Virus record (IMG/VR): IMGVR_UViG_3300031942_000002
Source of the DNA: an uncultured virus (IMG/VR IMGVR_UViG_3300031942_000002)
Taxonomy: Duplodnaviria > Heunggongvirae > Uroviricota > Caudoviricetes
DNA: 64,000 nucleotides
Strand: one strand, 5' to 3'
Below the pieces are notes generated by a model. The model was not told where the DNA came from. It saw nothing but the letters and a program-made list of their open reading frames with translations, and made no database searches. Positions within the stretch are counted from its first letter, which is position 1. Each line of letters begins with the position of its first letter. A program made the translations under genes and the position numbers. This document shows, piece after piece, positions 47,878 to 58,161 of this stretch.

Positions 47878-50800
47878 GCGTCACCATCAACGAGCTGACC
47901 ATCACCGTGCCCGGCAACGTGGTGAAGAACAACGACAAGGACGGCAACTCGATGCTGCGGATGAACCAGGAGCAGCTGCAGTCCATCGTCAACGACGCGG
48001 CCTCCCCCCAGGTCGGTATCACCGCGACCCACGTCAGCATTGCCTCGTTGACCGAGAAGGCAATGGCCAACAGTGGCTGACGACTTGCCGCCGCTGACCG
48101 ACGCCGAGTTCATCTTGGGTGAGCAGGTGGCGGGACGGCCCACCACCAAGGAGTGCCTCAAAGAGATGCGGCTGGCCTCCTCCCGGCTGCGCCCGGTCCC
48201 GCTGACCGATGAGCAGCTGCACGCGGCCGGGATCGACGCGCTGCACTTCCTGGCCACCTGTCATGTGGCCGGGGCCAAGTTCCTGGTGCACTTCCCGGCC
48301 GACCCGGTGGCCTATCCCGTCCGCTTCCAGGTGCCCGGCCTGATCGAGTTCGACGATGGCTGACACCCCGACGTCGGAGATCACCTTCGTGAAGCTGGCG
48401 CGGCGCGAGGTGGAGAACACCGTGGGTCTCTGGCACAGGCTGAAGGTCAGCGGGCCCGCCGAGGCCGAGGACCACCTGGCCAACCTCTACCAGCTGGCCG
48501 ACAAACTGGTGTCTACTCAGATCATGCTGCTGCGTGCAATCGAGGAGGCTGCCGGTGCCCGCCCCAGACCCGATGGACCTGATCATCGCCAACGCCCGCG
48601 AAGAGGCCGATTCGGTTATCGCTTACTGGACCGCTCATCTGGAAAATCTGACTAGCGCCTATGCGAAGTACAAGGACCGCATCCCGCGTGACAACCTGAT
48701 CTTCAACACCGTCAAGACGCTGATGGAAAGCGACAACGACCGGGAGGCGCTGTGCTACCAGGTGATGATAGCCGTGGACATGATGGCGAGAATGCGATGA
48801 GGTCGGGCTGGATGGAGATCTACCCCGATCACCACCTGCACACCCCGTGCTCAATCTGTGGCTGGCCGACTCGCTACAAGCAGTGGCCGCTACGCTCCCA
48901 CCTGCAAGGATGCCCGAAGGTGAAAGTATGAGATACGTCATCGAAGGCGGGGAAGGTGTGGACTTCGTCGCCTACCGGGCCATCCCGCTGTTCGAGAAGG
49001 CCGGGAACGGGCACACCCCGATGGAGGCGCTGCACGCGCTGATGCGCCTCATCGCCGAAGCCGAGCAGCCCTATCCCGAGCCGCCGGTCAATCTGCTCGA
49101 CAAGAAAGAACCCATCAATGCTTGAGCCGGGAGAGGTGGTTGTCCTGGACGGGGATGACACCAAGCGCTACACCATCACCGAGGCCCGCGTCGGTGGGGA
49201 TTTGAACCGCCGGGTGCACGAGGTGCATAAAGTGACCTATCGAGCAGCTGGGCTGGACGAGGACATCGACGCCAGCAGGATCACCGGCGTGGTGGGCTTC
49301 TCATGAGTGATCCGCAGGTGGAGTTCGAGGACACCGGCGACCGGCTGGCGCTGATCGCGGACGTGGAGAACGCGTTGCGCCGCGCGATGCGGGTGCAGAT
49401 CATCGCCAACCATCGGCGCCTCTACGGGGAGCTGGTCCTAGAAGACTCGGCCGTGGCGATCATCCTCGACCAGCTGGATCCCAGCGAGCTGGCCCGGGTC
49501 GCGGTCAACCAGGTGTTCATGACGCTGCTCAAAGACATGACGGCGGCCAGCCACGCGGCGCGCAGCGTGTTCACCATGACGCCCGAAGACCTGGATAAAG
49601 CCGCCGAAACGGTGCAGGTACGCATTCCCGAGGAATAGGAGACACGCCCGATGACTAAGATCTGCCCGACAGGGAGGTAGAGCATGGTTGAGCCCGTCTT
49701 CCTCGACGTCGAGCTGGCTGACTACGACGGCGGGTCATGCTGCAGCAAAACTTCGGGCTGTGACAAGTGTCGGCAAACGCCCAGCTGGACAGTTACCCAC
49801 CGGGTAACGCCGCAGGTCGGTGGGGCCCGGGTCAGCTACCGAGCTGATCGTGGCCTTCCTGGCCTGGGCCGCCGAGCACGAGAAGGACTTCGGCGGCCAG
49901 ATCCAGGTGGCTCAGGTCAATGAGTTTCAGGCCCGCAATTACGCCAAGGAGTTCTTCATGAGTACCGAGGGCAAGGAGTGGCTGACATGAAGATCGGCGA
50001 TATGCAGTGCCCCTGGCATCCCGGCATGACGCTGTTTGAGTGCCAGGCCGACCACGAGCGTGTCCGTGATCATGCCCGCTACACCCCCGAGGAGTTGGAC
50101 CGTGAGCATCAGCCGGTGATCGCGGCCACCCCCGAGGACGTGGCCGAGGCCGAGGCCCGTTACGGCAAAACTATTGACGAGTTGGCTAAGGAAGCCGAAC
50201 GCGGCTACCAGGGCGCGTCGCTGTACGACACGACGGGCTTTGACCCGAGTGATCTGACCTACGACAAGGAGCCCATCGACCGGATTCCGTGGTACGACAA
50301 GGAGCCCGTCGACTGGGCCAAACAGTTCAACAAGCCGCTGGTCTGGATGGGCTATCCGGCCAAAGAAGTCCGCTGCGCCCAGTGTCAGCGGTACCTGCCC
50401 GTCACCCTCCCGGCCGGGGTGACGTCGATGGTCATCTACTGCGAGTCCTGTCGTCATATGAAGGACACAGCCCATGGCGGGTAAGCCCATCACCGAGGAG
50501 GAGTGGCTTCGGAGATTCTGGTCACGAGAAGGAGGCATGATGGACGCTGCTGATGAACTGGCGGCGATGATTCTTGCGCGGCTCGATGTGCTGCGTGAGA
50601 TCAACCGAACCACCTTCAACTCCGCCCATCCGACCAACTGCGGCCCGATTGCCCGCTGGATCGAGGACCTGCAGGCAACGGTCACCACGTTCAACCTGAA
50701 AGCCATCCGATCCACAACGGTGGACTCCCGCGAGCAGCACACGCTGCCACCGGAGACCGACCGGCACGGGGCGCCGAGGCGATGAGCGGCCCGGTCTCGG

Positions 50801-51724
50801 TCGGCCAGTGGCGGGTGCACCCCGACGACGTCGGGGGCTGCTGGACGGTCTGCCAGGACTGGTCCTGCGAGCACCAGCACTTCCACTACGTGCCCTTCCT
50901 GGGGGTGGACCCGCGCCCGCTGCCACATCAACTGGACGCGGCAAGGTCATCGAACATCATGAGTGCCTGACGTGAGCCGGGAATGCGGGCCGGTCATCGA
51001 GGTGATCGAGCCCGACGAGTACGGCGGGGTCAAGATCGTCTTCGGGGGCAAGGCGGCAGCCGAATGGCGCTGCGTGCGCCTGACCGCCCAGCACTGGGAG
51101 GCCATCCAGAACTGGTGCAGCAAACAATCGCTGAAAATCGCCGAATCGCTGGGACCTGCGGAAAGTGTCGATCCTCGCCCAGGCGAAGTCTCGATGCCAG
51201 CTAATGACTTCGAGCAGCTGCTGGCGGTGGCCACACTCTACGTCGAGAGTTTCAAGGACGACGAGCTGATGAGCCTGACCGAGAAGCTGCGGCTGCAGGG
51301 GATCGAGGACATCCTGGCCCGGTACGGGAAGCGGTATTGATGGCTCGTCCTGAAGGCGTGCAGATCCGCCGGGGTGACGGCAGCGTGCTGAACTGCGAGC
51401 TGATCCACGAGGGTCCCGACGAGGAGGGGAGGGACCACTGGTGCATCGTGGGCGCGGAGTTCCACCCCGAGCGCGGGGATCAGATCCACATGGATGTACT
51501 GCCCCCGCGCACCTCCATCGGCTTTCGCATGCCCGACTGGGAAGACGATGGCTGACCACACCGACGAGGAGCTGGATCTGCTGATCGCTGACCTGAAGGC
51601 CAAGACCGGCACCACGGTGAACCGCGCGCAAATGAAGATCATCGCCGCGCTGATCCCCGACGATTACCTGGACCGACTGAGAAAGGCGGTGGGCGAGGCA
51701 TGAGAACTGTGGCAGGATGCACCC

Positions 51725-52027
51725 ATGACGTTAACCGCCGACCGCTTCGACCTCGACGAGCTGGACTTCCCCACTCCGGTGCTGACACCGGATCCCGTTC
51801 CTTCCACGCGCGCGCACGCGCGCCCGCGCGTGGAAGCGCTCTGTTTTGCCACCGGCCTGGCCTACACCGCGTGCGGGCACTGCGCCGAGATCATGGGCGC
51901 CAGGCCCCCGGTGCGACGGGTCGATGTGCGGATGGTGCGCAGCGAGGAGGAACTGAACCGGCATTACCGGCCTTTCTGCGTGTGCTCCCCGCGTCGGCAC
52001 GACGTGCTCGTCCCCGATACCGAATAA
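51725..52027 (+). CDS. hypothetical protein with N-terminal RFDLDELDF
   Basis: Motif shared with 59965..60261. Confidence 0.6.
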   Translation: MTLTADRFDLDELDFPTPVLTPDPVPSTRAHARPRVEALCFATGLAYTACGHCAEIMGARPPVRRVDVRMVRSEEELNRHYRPFCVCSPRRHDVLVPDTE

Positions 52028-52128
52028 TGAGGCTGATGGCCGCCCTGATGGCGGCGGTCGCCCTGCTCGCCGGGTGCACGGCGGCCGGGGACAGCCCGGC
52101 GCATCCCGTCTACGCGCACTGCATTTGA
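52027..52128 (+). CDS. micro-lipoprotein 1 (33 aa)
   Basis: MRLMAALMAAVALLAG-C lipobox; TAATG coupling. Confidence 0.65.
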   Translation: MRLMAALMAAVALLAGCTAAGDSPAHPVYAHCI

Positions 52129-52139
52129 AGGGGCAACCG

Positions 52140-52262
52140 ATGAGGCGGCTACTCATGGCCCTGGTGGCGATGCTGGTTTTTTTAACCGGCTGCGCCGACT
52201 CTGGCGGGACCAGCGGGGCGGCGCCGATCTACGCCACCTGCATCGATAAGCCTGCGCACTGA
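52140..52262 (+). CDS. micro-lipoprotein 2 (40 aa)
   Basis: MRRLLMALVAMLVFLTG-C lipobox; TGATG coupling to next gene. Confidence 0.65.
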   Translation: MRRLLMALVAMLVFLTGCADSGGTSGAAPIYATCIDKPAH

Positions 52263-52677
52263 TGGCCGACGACGACGAGCGGCCGCCCTGGATCCACGAC
52301 GAGGCCGAGATCCAACGGCTGGCCGCCGACCTGGCCAGCGCCCGCGCCGTCTCGACACTGGCCATGGTCAGCGCGCTGCACCAGCTGGCCGAGCGCTGGG
52401 AGATGGAAGGGGCCGCCGACGTCTATCTGCGCGGTGACTCCTGGTGTCACGCGATGGACACGTGTGCCGAAGAACTGCGCGAGCTGCTGCGCGAACATCG
52501 ACAATAAAAGGTGTGAACCACCACCTGTTCGTGGGTCTGCTGGTGGTGGTTCTCCTCGTGCTGGCGCTGTGGTTGCTGTGGCACGGGTGAGTGTGGACGA
52601 CGACCTGATTTGGTTTCTGATCGCCGTGCTGCTGGTGACGATGGGCATCGCGATCGGGATGCTGGTGCTCTGAGGGG

Positions 52678-52713
52678 TTAACCTACTGGGTAAGTTTTTG
52701 CTACAATGGGCCC
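52678..52713 (+). promoter_or_regulatory. palindrome plus extended -10 of a leaderless gene
   Basis: TTAACC-TACTG-GGTAAG then TGCTACAAT-6 nt-ATG. Confidence 0.65.
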
Positions 52714-52950
52714 ATGACACACATTCATATCCCCTTGCGCGTCTCGGCGCTGCTGGCCTTATTGGCAGCGGTGGCTTCGGGCGTGATCCTGGGCGTCCAG
52801 CTGGCGCCGCCCGCCAACGCGTGCGACCCCGGCAACTGGTATGACCCCACCCACCAGGTCTGCGCCCCGTACCCGCCCGCCTACCCGCCGACCAACTACC
52901 CGGCGCCGCCCAACAACCCCTACCCGCCCAGTCAGTGGGGGCAGCAATGA
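52714..52950 (+). CDS. small secreted Pro-rich protein
   Basis: Signal peptide ending ANA, CDPGNWYDP...C, Pro/Tyr tail. Confidence 0.7.
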   Translation: MTHIHIPLRVSALLALLAAVASGVILGVQLAPPANACDPGNWYDPTHQVCAPYPPAYPPTNYPAPPNNPYPPSQWGQQ

Positions 52951-53403
52951 GCGACAAGCCGGGTTTCATGACCAAAGAGATCCCGTTCATCCGCGAGGGC
53001 GCCGGGCGCTATCGGTCCAGGGCCTACTGGGGCTTCGCCAAGCTGGATCACACCTACGCCATCGAGCGCTTCGGCACGCAGTGGTCGCTGAGCGTGGACG
53101 CGGCCTATCCCAAGCAGTTCCTGTTCGCCACCAAACGCGACGCCGTCAAAGCCGCCACCGAGTACGAGGAGGCGCACTGATGACCGACGAGGAGTGGTTC
53201 CACAACCCGAATTCGGTGCTGATGTTCGGCGGTGTCCTGGTGCGTGCCGACCATCTCGACACCGCTAAAGACCTGCTCTACTACTTCGAGAAACCCTGGA
53301 AGTGGACGACCGAGCACGCGTTGTGGGAGGGCTGCAACCGGCCGGATCTCGACGAGGACGGCTGGGACTGGTTTCTGCGCAAGCTGGAAGAGTTGGTGGG
53401 CTT

Positions 53404-54390
53404 ATGAGTGCTCCGATGCCGGTGTTGCGCGCGCTGATGGGCGGCGCCAAGATCTGGCCGCTGGCTCGCGCGTTGTACGAGGCTACCGAGGCCGACGGCT
53501 TCGGTGGGTATACCACGCCGTGGGGGCTTTACCAGGACGAGTCGATCGCGCTGAAAGAAGACCTCCGGTTGAGCTTTCTGCGCGAAATCACCGCCTGCGT
53601 GCCGTTCGACGTCCAGCTGGCCCACGACCTTTTCTGGGACCGCTTCGATAGCATCGCCTGCCGCCGTGAGGAGAACTTCGGGTCGCTGCGCATGCCCTAC
53701 CCGCACATGTGGATGGAGTGGGATCCCGCGCACCCGTCCGACAACAACATCTTCCAGGGGATGATGCTGACCGAGTGCGAGCCCGACGAACACGCCCCGG
53801 CATCCGGCAGGAAGATGGCGGCAAGCCGCATCCAGATGACGCTGTTCATGCACCCGGTCCAGCACCCCGACGTGGTGCTGTTCGACGAGATCCTGCACGA
53901 CATGTACTTGGACGAGAACGGCCGCTACACCTACAGCGCGCAGATCGAAGTGCCCGACAACCTGGCCGACCGGCCGGATCTGGTCACGACGGCCCAGGAA
54001 CTGATGCGCACTGCGGAGTTCACCGCCAGCCAGGCGCTGCACCTGATGAACTGCCGCAACGTGACCACCGAGAAGGCGGGGGTGGTGCCGATGCGCCGCA
54101 GTGGTCGGGCCAAGCGGACGGGCGCCAAGCCGGTGGAATACCACCACATCAAGCTGCCCGGCATGCCCAAGCTGACCGGGATCAGTCGCCGCGACCGGGA
54201 GGCGTATCAGGCCGCGATGCGGCTGCACAAGGTGAAAGGCCACTACAAACACTTCGGGCCCGAGTTCGGCACCGGGCTGCTGTTCGGGAGGCTTGCTGGG
54301 ACATTCTGGTGGGGCTGGCAGGAGCGTGGCGACATCAACGAGGGTGTCATCTTCTCCGACTACGAGCTGGCACGGGGAGATGAGTCATGA
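53404..54390 (+). CDS. HxVxGHxK-motif protein, paralog 1
   Basis: PYPHMWMEW, LMNCRNV, HKVKGHYK, GTFWWGWQERG, SDYE. Confidence 0.8.
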   Translation: MSAPMPVLRALMGGAKIWPLARALYEATEADGFGGYTTPWGLYQDESIALKEDLRLSFLREITACVPFDVQLAHDLFWDRFDSIACRREENFGSLRMPYPHMWMEWDPAHPSDNNIFQGMMLTECEPDEHAPASGRKMAASRIQMTLFMHPVQHPDVVLFDEILHDMYLDENGRYTYSAQIEVPDNLADRPDLVTTAQELMRTAEFTASQALHLMNCRNVTTEKAGVVPMRRSGRAKRTGAKPVEYHHIKLPGMPKLTGISRRDREAYQAAMRLHKVKGHYKHFGPEFGTGLLFGRLAGTFWWGWQERGDINEGVIFSDYELARGDES

Positions 54391-54707
54391 TGCAGGGAGA
54401 CATTCGCTACGAGACCGACGAGACCCATTGGGAGATCTATTGGGACGGCGACATCATGATCGACTGCCCGGTGGTGTACTTTCACGCCACCTTCCTCGCT
54501 GACCCGCCGCCCTGGTGGACGGTGATCTTCCCCGAGCGACCGGCCGACGCACAGGAGGGCGACGAGGTCGATGTTACCGGCACGCTGCTCAAGCTGCCGC
54601 CCGCTCCCGATCCTGATCCTGACTACGTCTTTACCGGGCGTGTATGGCGGCTGACCGGGCGCATGGACCCCATCTACGGCGGATACGAAGGGAGGTGGCC
54701 GGATTGA
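54387..54707 (+). CDS. hypothetical protein
   Basis: Coupled between the two paralogs. Confidence 0.65.
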   Translation: MMQGDIRYETDETHWEIYWDGDIMIDCPVVYFHATFLADPPPWWTVIFPERPADAQEGDEVDVTGTLLKLPPAPDPDPDYVFTGRVWRLTGRMDPIYGGYEGRWPD

Positions 54708-55747
54708 GCGCCGGTAAATTCCCGATCGCCAACCTGCTCAAGTCGGGCGCCCCCATCCGCTCGCTGGATGGCCACGGGCTGGACATGGTCAACCAGGACA
54801 ACGTGCGCACCCACCTGCTGGGCGATCGGGTGGCGTTCTTCGAGCTGTCGGTGGCCGCCGACCTGTACTGGCTGGGCAAGCAGGACTACTACCGGCTGGA
54901 CTCCGACTTCGGGCCGATGCGCCCGCCATACCCCGCCATGTGGTGCGAGTGGGAAGTCCCCGACAAGGTGCTGATCCACGGCAAGTGGTGGGACATGGAA
55001 GCCAGGGCCCGGTTCGGCGCCCTGGTGATCAGTGACACCATCAACACCGCCGACCTCGACGAGGAGCAGCTGCGCGGCTCGATCACCGGCTTCGCCCAGA
55101 TGTATCCCAAGTACTTCAAGCGCAACCCCGAGACCAACCTGGATGACATGATCCGCGATGCGGATGCGTTCAAGGCACTGCGCGACGAGTTGCGCGCCGA
55201 TGCCCGCGAGATGATCGCCGTGCAGGTGATCATGTACATCCTCGACGCGAATGACGGCGTGGTCTTTCTGCCCTACGCCCGCCAGATCGGGCTGAACCCC
55301 GACGGACTGTTCAATCACTTCATCTCCGACATGGTCCCGACGTCCCAGGTGCCCGAGGAGACCCTGCACGCCGCCAAGGAGATCGGGGACGCCAACCCGG
55401 TGTGGCTGGCGCTGAATTTGATCAACTGTCGCAACGTGACCACTCGCGAGCAGGGCAGCGTCTTTGCGCGCAGCACCCGGGAGAAGCGCCAGCGGGTGCC
55501 GATCACCCGCTATCACACCATCGAGCTGCCCGGTACCGCCGGTCGCGAACTGCGCCACGGTCGGCGCCGCCGGTCCCCGGCCGAGGAGTACGTGATGAGC
55601 CAGCACCGGGTGCGCGGGCATTTCAAGACGTTCACCGCCGAGGCGCCGCTGCTGGGCAAGCACGTCGGCACCTATTGGTGGGGCTGGCAGGTGCGGGGCT
55701 CCAAGGACGCCGGTGAGGTCATCAGCGACTACGAGATCGGGGCATGA
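54704..55747 (+). CDS. HxVxGHxK-motif protein, paralog 2
   Basis: PYPAMWCEW, LINCRNV, HRVRGHFK, GTYWWGWQVRG, SDYE; GGAGG RBS, TTGA overlap. Confidence 0.8.
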   Translation: MSAGKFPIANLLKSGAPIRSLDGHGLDMVNQDNVRTHLLGDRVAFFELSVAADLYWLGKQDYYRLDSDFGPMRPPYPAMWCEWEVPDKVLIHGKWWDMEARARFGALVISDTINTADLDEEQLRGSITGFAQMYPKYFKRNPETNLDDMIRDADAFKALRDELRADAREMIAVQVIMYILDANDGVVFLPYARQIGLNPDGLFNHFISDMVPTSQVPEETLHAAKEIGDANPVWLALNLINCRNVTTREQGSVFARSTREKRQRVPITRYHTIELPGTAGRELRHGRRRRSPAEEYVMSQHRVRGHFKTFTAEAPLLGKHVGTYWWGWQVRGSKDAGEVISDYEIGA

Positions 55748-56067
55748 TGAGTGACCATTATGTGCGTCATTTGATTCGATCGGGTGACCACGTTCGCACC
55801 GAGTACGAGTGCCGTGCCCCAGAGGGGGCGGCGTGCCGGTTGGCCTGCGATAGCTGTATCCGCGCCCAGTACGAGCAGTGTGAGTGTGGCAGTCGGGACG
55901 GCTGGACCGATCAAGGCCAATGCATGCAGATGCCCTGGCTGACCGAGGACGCCCCCGAGGAGTGCTACGACGGCGACGAGCAGCCGGTGCGCGGACCTGG
56001 TTGGCAAGCGATCATCTTGGAATGGAACGGCGACAACTACAGCTGGCATTACGAAGAGGTGGCCTGA
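55744..56067 (+). CDS. Cys-rich hypothetical protein
   Basis: C.APEGA.CR..C..C...CEC. Confidence 0.65.
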   Translation: MMSDHYVRHLIRSGDHVRTEYECRAPEGAACRLACDSCIRAQYEQCECGSRDGWTDQGQCMQMPWLTEDAPEECYDGDEQPVRGPGWQAIILEWNGDNYSWHYEEVA

Positions 56068-56183
56068 TGCAGCTGATTCCGACCTACATGAGTAAGGACG
56101 AGTTCCTGGTGATTGGTGGGGGAATGGGACGAACCCGGTGTGTCGCTTCCCTAATCTTCCTCTAACTTTGCTACAATGAGGTC

Positions 56184-56531
56184 ATGACACACACCGAACA
56201 GCTCCGCGAACCGGAGCATCTGACCGAAGACGAAATCAAAGAGATTGCCCTGAAACTGGTGGGGGGCAGTCTGTTCGTCGCCACTCAGGCGCCGCCGGAG
56301 ATGATGACCTCCATCTTTCTGCCGGTGGCCCTGGACGGGCTGGCGGGCATTGACGTCGACAAGATCGGCAACATCGTCGAAGACCTGAGCAAGGCCGGGC
56401 ATTGGGCGATCAACGGCTACCCGACGTTCCTCAGCTGCCAGGTGATCCACGTCGAGGACTGGATCACTATCGTGGAGAAGGCCGAGGCCGCGCGCGCCGC
56501 CGTGCTCGATGCGGTCGAAGGTCAGTCGTGA
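56184..56531 (+). CDS. hypothetical protein, leaderless
   Basis: TGCTACAAT-6 nt-ATGACACAC. Confidence 0.75.
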   Translation: MTHTEQLREPEHLTEDEIKEIALKLVGGSLFVATQAPPEMMTSIFLPVALDGLAGIDVDKIGNIVEDLSKAGHWAINGYPTFLSCQVIHVEDWITIVEKAEAARAAVLDAVEGQS

Positions 56532-56712
56532 GTGGTGAGCACTGTCCTTTGGTGCGGCGGGCTTGCCCCTACGATGAGCCGGTATGCGGGATCTGTTCCT
56601 ATGCCGAGGATGAGATCTTCGCGCAGGGTGGGGTGGTGGGCGTCCTGAAGCTGCTACTGGTCACCGTGCCCCAGCTGGATCCCGTCATCCGCCAGATGCA
56701 ATGGGAGACGAC

Positions 56713-57498
56713 ATGAGCAACCTGCTGGTTGTGGATTTCGATTTTTTCTTCATGAATCCGCTGGAAGCCGCCGACACCAGCGTGGATCAGCGCTGGTTCT
56801 GGAAGTTCGACTGGGGCCACTCGGAGAGCCAGGCCATCTTCCTCAACGTGGTGTGGCCGATGCGCGCGGGCAGCTTCCTCAAAGACGGCTATCCGCTGCC
56901 CGGGGTGGACGTACCGGAGGGGTTCTGGGATCGATTCACCTTCACCGAGGACGCGGTGGGTGAGGTCAGCGACTCCAACATGTACTCCGGCATCGCCGCG
57001 AACGAGCGCGAGTTCGAGCACGTCTGGCTGTTCGACGCCCATCACGACATGTACGGGATCGAGACCAAAGAACAGCTGGCCGAGTTCGCCCGCACCAACA
57101 CGGTCACCTGTGAGAACTGGATGTTCGTGCACTACCTGAAGGGCTCCAAGCTGCACTGGCGCTACCCGCGTTGGAATAAGGCAGCCGGGCAGCACTACCG
57201 GCCCGAGGCCAAGAGGTGGGGCTGCGACGCCCGCAAGGATGACGGCGCCAAGTTCGACGCCAAGAACATGGTGTTCGATGCCGTCTCGGTGTGCCGGTCC
57301 GGTGCCTGGGTGCCGCCCTGGTGTGACGAGGACTTCAAGGAGTTCCTCGACGCCTGCCCGGTGCCGCTGATCGACGTGGAGGGCTTGCCGGTGGTCCGCG
57401 AGTGGGATCAGGCAGCGGCCACCTCGATGGCCGTGCAGCTGGACCTGTTGGAGCAGCAGGCCCGCGAAAAGGCGGAAGCGGGGCGGATCAATGGGTGA
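56713..57498 (+). CDS. putative metallohydrolase (arginase/UPF0489-like)
   Basis: VVDFDFF, FDAHHD, CENW, CRS..WVPP..D. Confidence 0.55.
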   Translation: MSNLLVVDFDFFFMNPLEAADTSVDQRWFWKFDWGHSESQAIFLNVVWPMRAGSFLKDGYPLPGVDVPEGFWDRFTFTEDAVGEVSDSNMYSGIAANEREFEHVWLFDAHHDMYGIETKEQLAEFARTNTVTCENWMFVHYLKGSKLHWRYPRWNKAAGQHYRPEAKRWGCDARKDDGAKFDAKNMVFDAVSVCRSGAWVPPWCDEDFKEFLDACPVPLIDVEGLPVVREWDQAAATSMAVQLDLLEQQAREKAEAGRING

Positions 57499-57796
57499 CA
57501 CCGACGACTTCGACGTCGACACCCCCTATCTGAGGATGCGTCTCGACTTCCTCGTCCCGGGCCCGCAGGTGACGTCCGAGGAGAAGAGATGGCTGACCCA
57601 GCTGTGCAACGTCGTCGAGCAGATCGGGCTGAAGATCTTCGAGTCCCGCGATCCCGATGGTTACGCGCTGTGGGAGGCCAACCACCCTGGTGATGATGAC
57701 GATGACGATGACAACGACGGGGAAGATGACGACGAGGACGAGGAGGACGAGCCGATGGAGGCTAAGGTGATTCCATTCCGAAAGAGTGGGTCATGA
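57491..57796 (+). CDS. protein with poly-Asp/Glu tract
   Basis: DDDDDDDNDGEDDDEDEEDE. Confidence 0.65.
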   Translation: MGDTDDFDVDTPYLRMRLDFLVPGPQVTSEEKRWLTQLCNVVEQIGLKIFESRDPDGYALWEANHPGDDDDDDDNDGEDDDEDEEDEPMEAKVIPFRKSGS

Positions 57797-58161
57797 GCAC
57801 CCAGGTCAGCATCGACGTCGACTGCCCGAACTGCCAGCGGCAGTTGACCATCCACCTGGACCGCCCGGCTCAGGTAAAGGTGGCGGCGGTGTCCTACCGG
57901 CACGACACCACGCACACCGGCCACGATCAGTTCAACCCGTCACGCTTCGCCCGGGTGCTGATCCGCGAGCGCACCAAGCAGTCGATGGGCCGGATGGTGT
58001 TGCACCAGCGCAGCGGGGTGACCTATCCCTATCTCTCCGAGATCGAGCTGGGGCACAAATACCCCAAGGAGGAGACCATCACCAAGCTGGCCAACGCGCT
58101 GGGCCTGACCACCGACCAGCTGCTGGGATTGGTGGCTGCGGAGGACGACGCGGAGTCGTGA
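57793..58161 (+). CDS. zinc-ribbon plus XRE HTH regulator
   Basis: CPNC; SGVTYPYLSEIELGHKYP...LANALG. Confidence 0.8.
   Translation: MSTQVSIDVDCPNCQRQLTIHLDRPAQVKVAAVSYRHDTTHTGHDQFNPSRFARVLIRERTKQSMGRMVLHQRSGVTYPYLSEIELGHKYPKEETITKLANALGLTTDQLLGLVAAEDDAES

Noticed and set aside
50260..50307. 15-bp repeat TACGACAAGGAGCCC (YDKEP twice)
   Set aside because: Two copies inside one ORF; simple internal duplication
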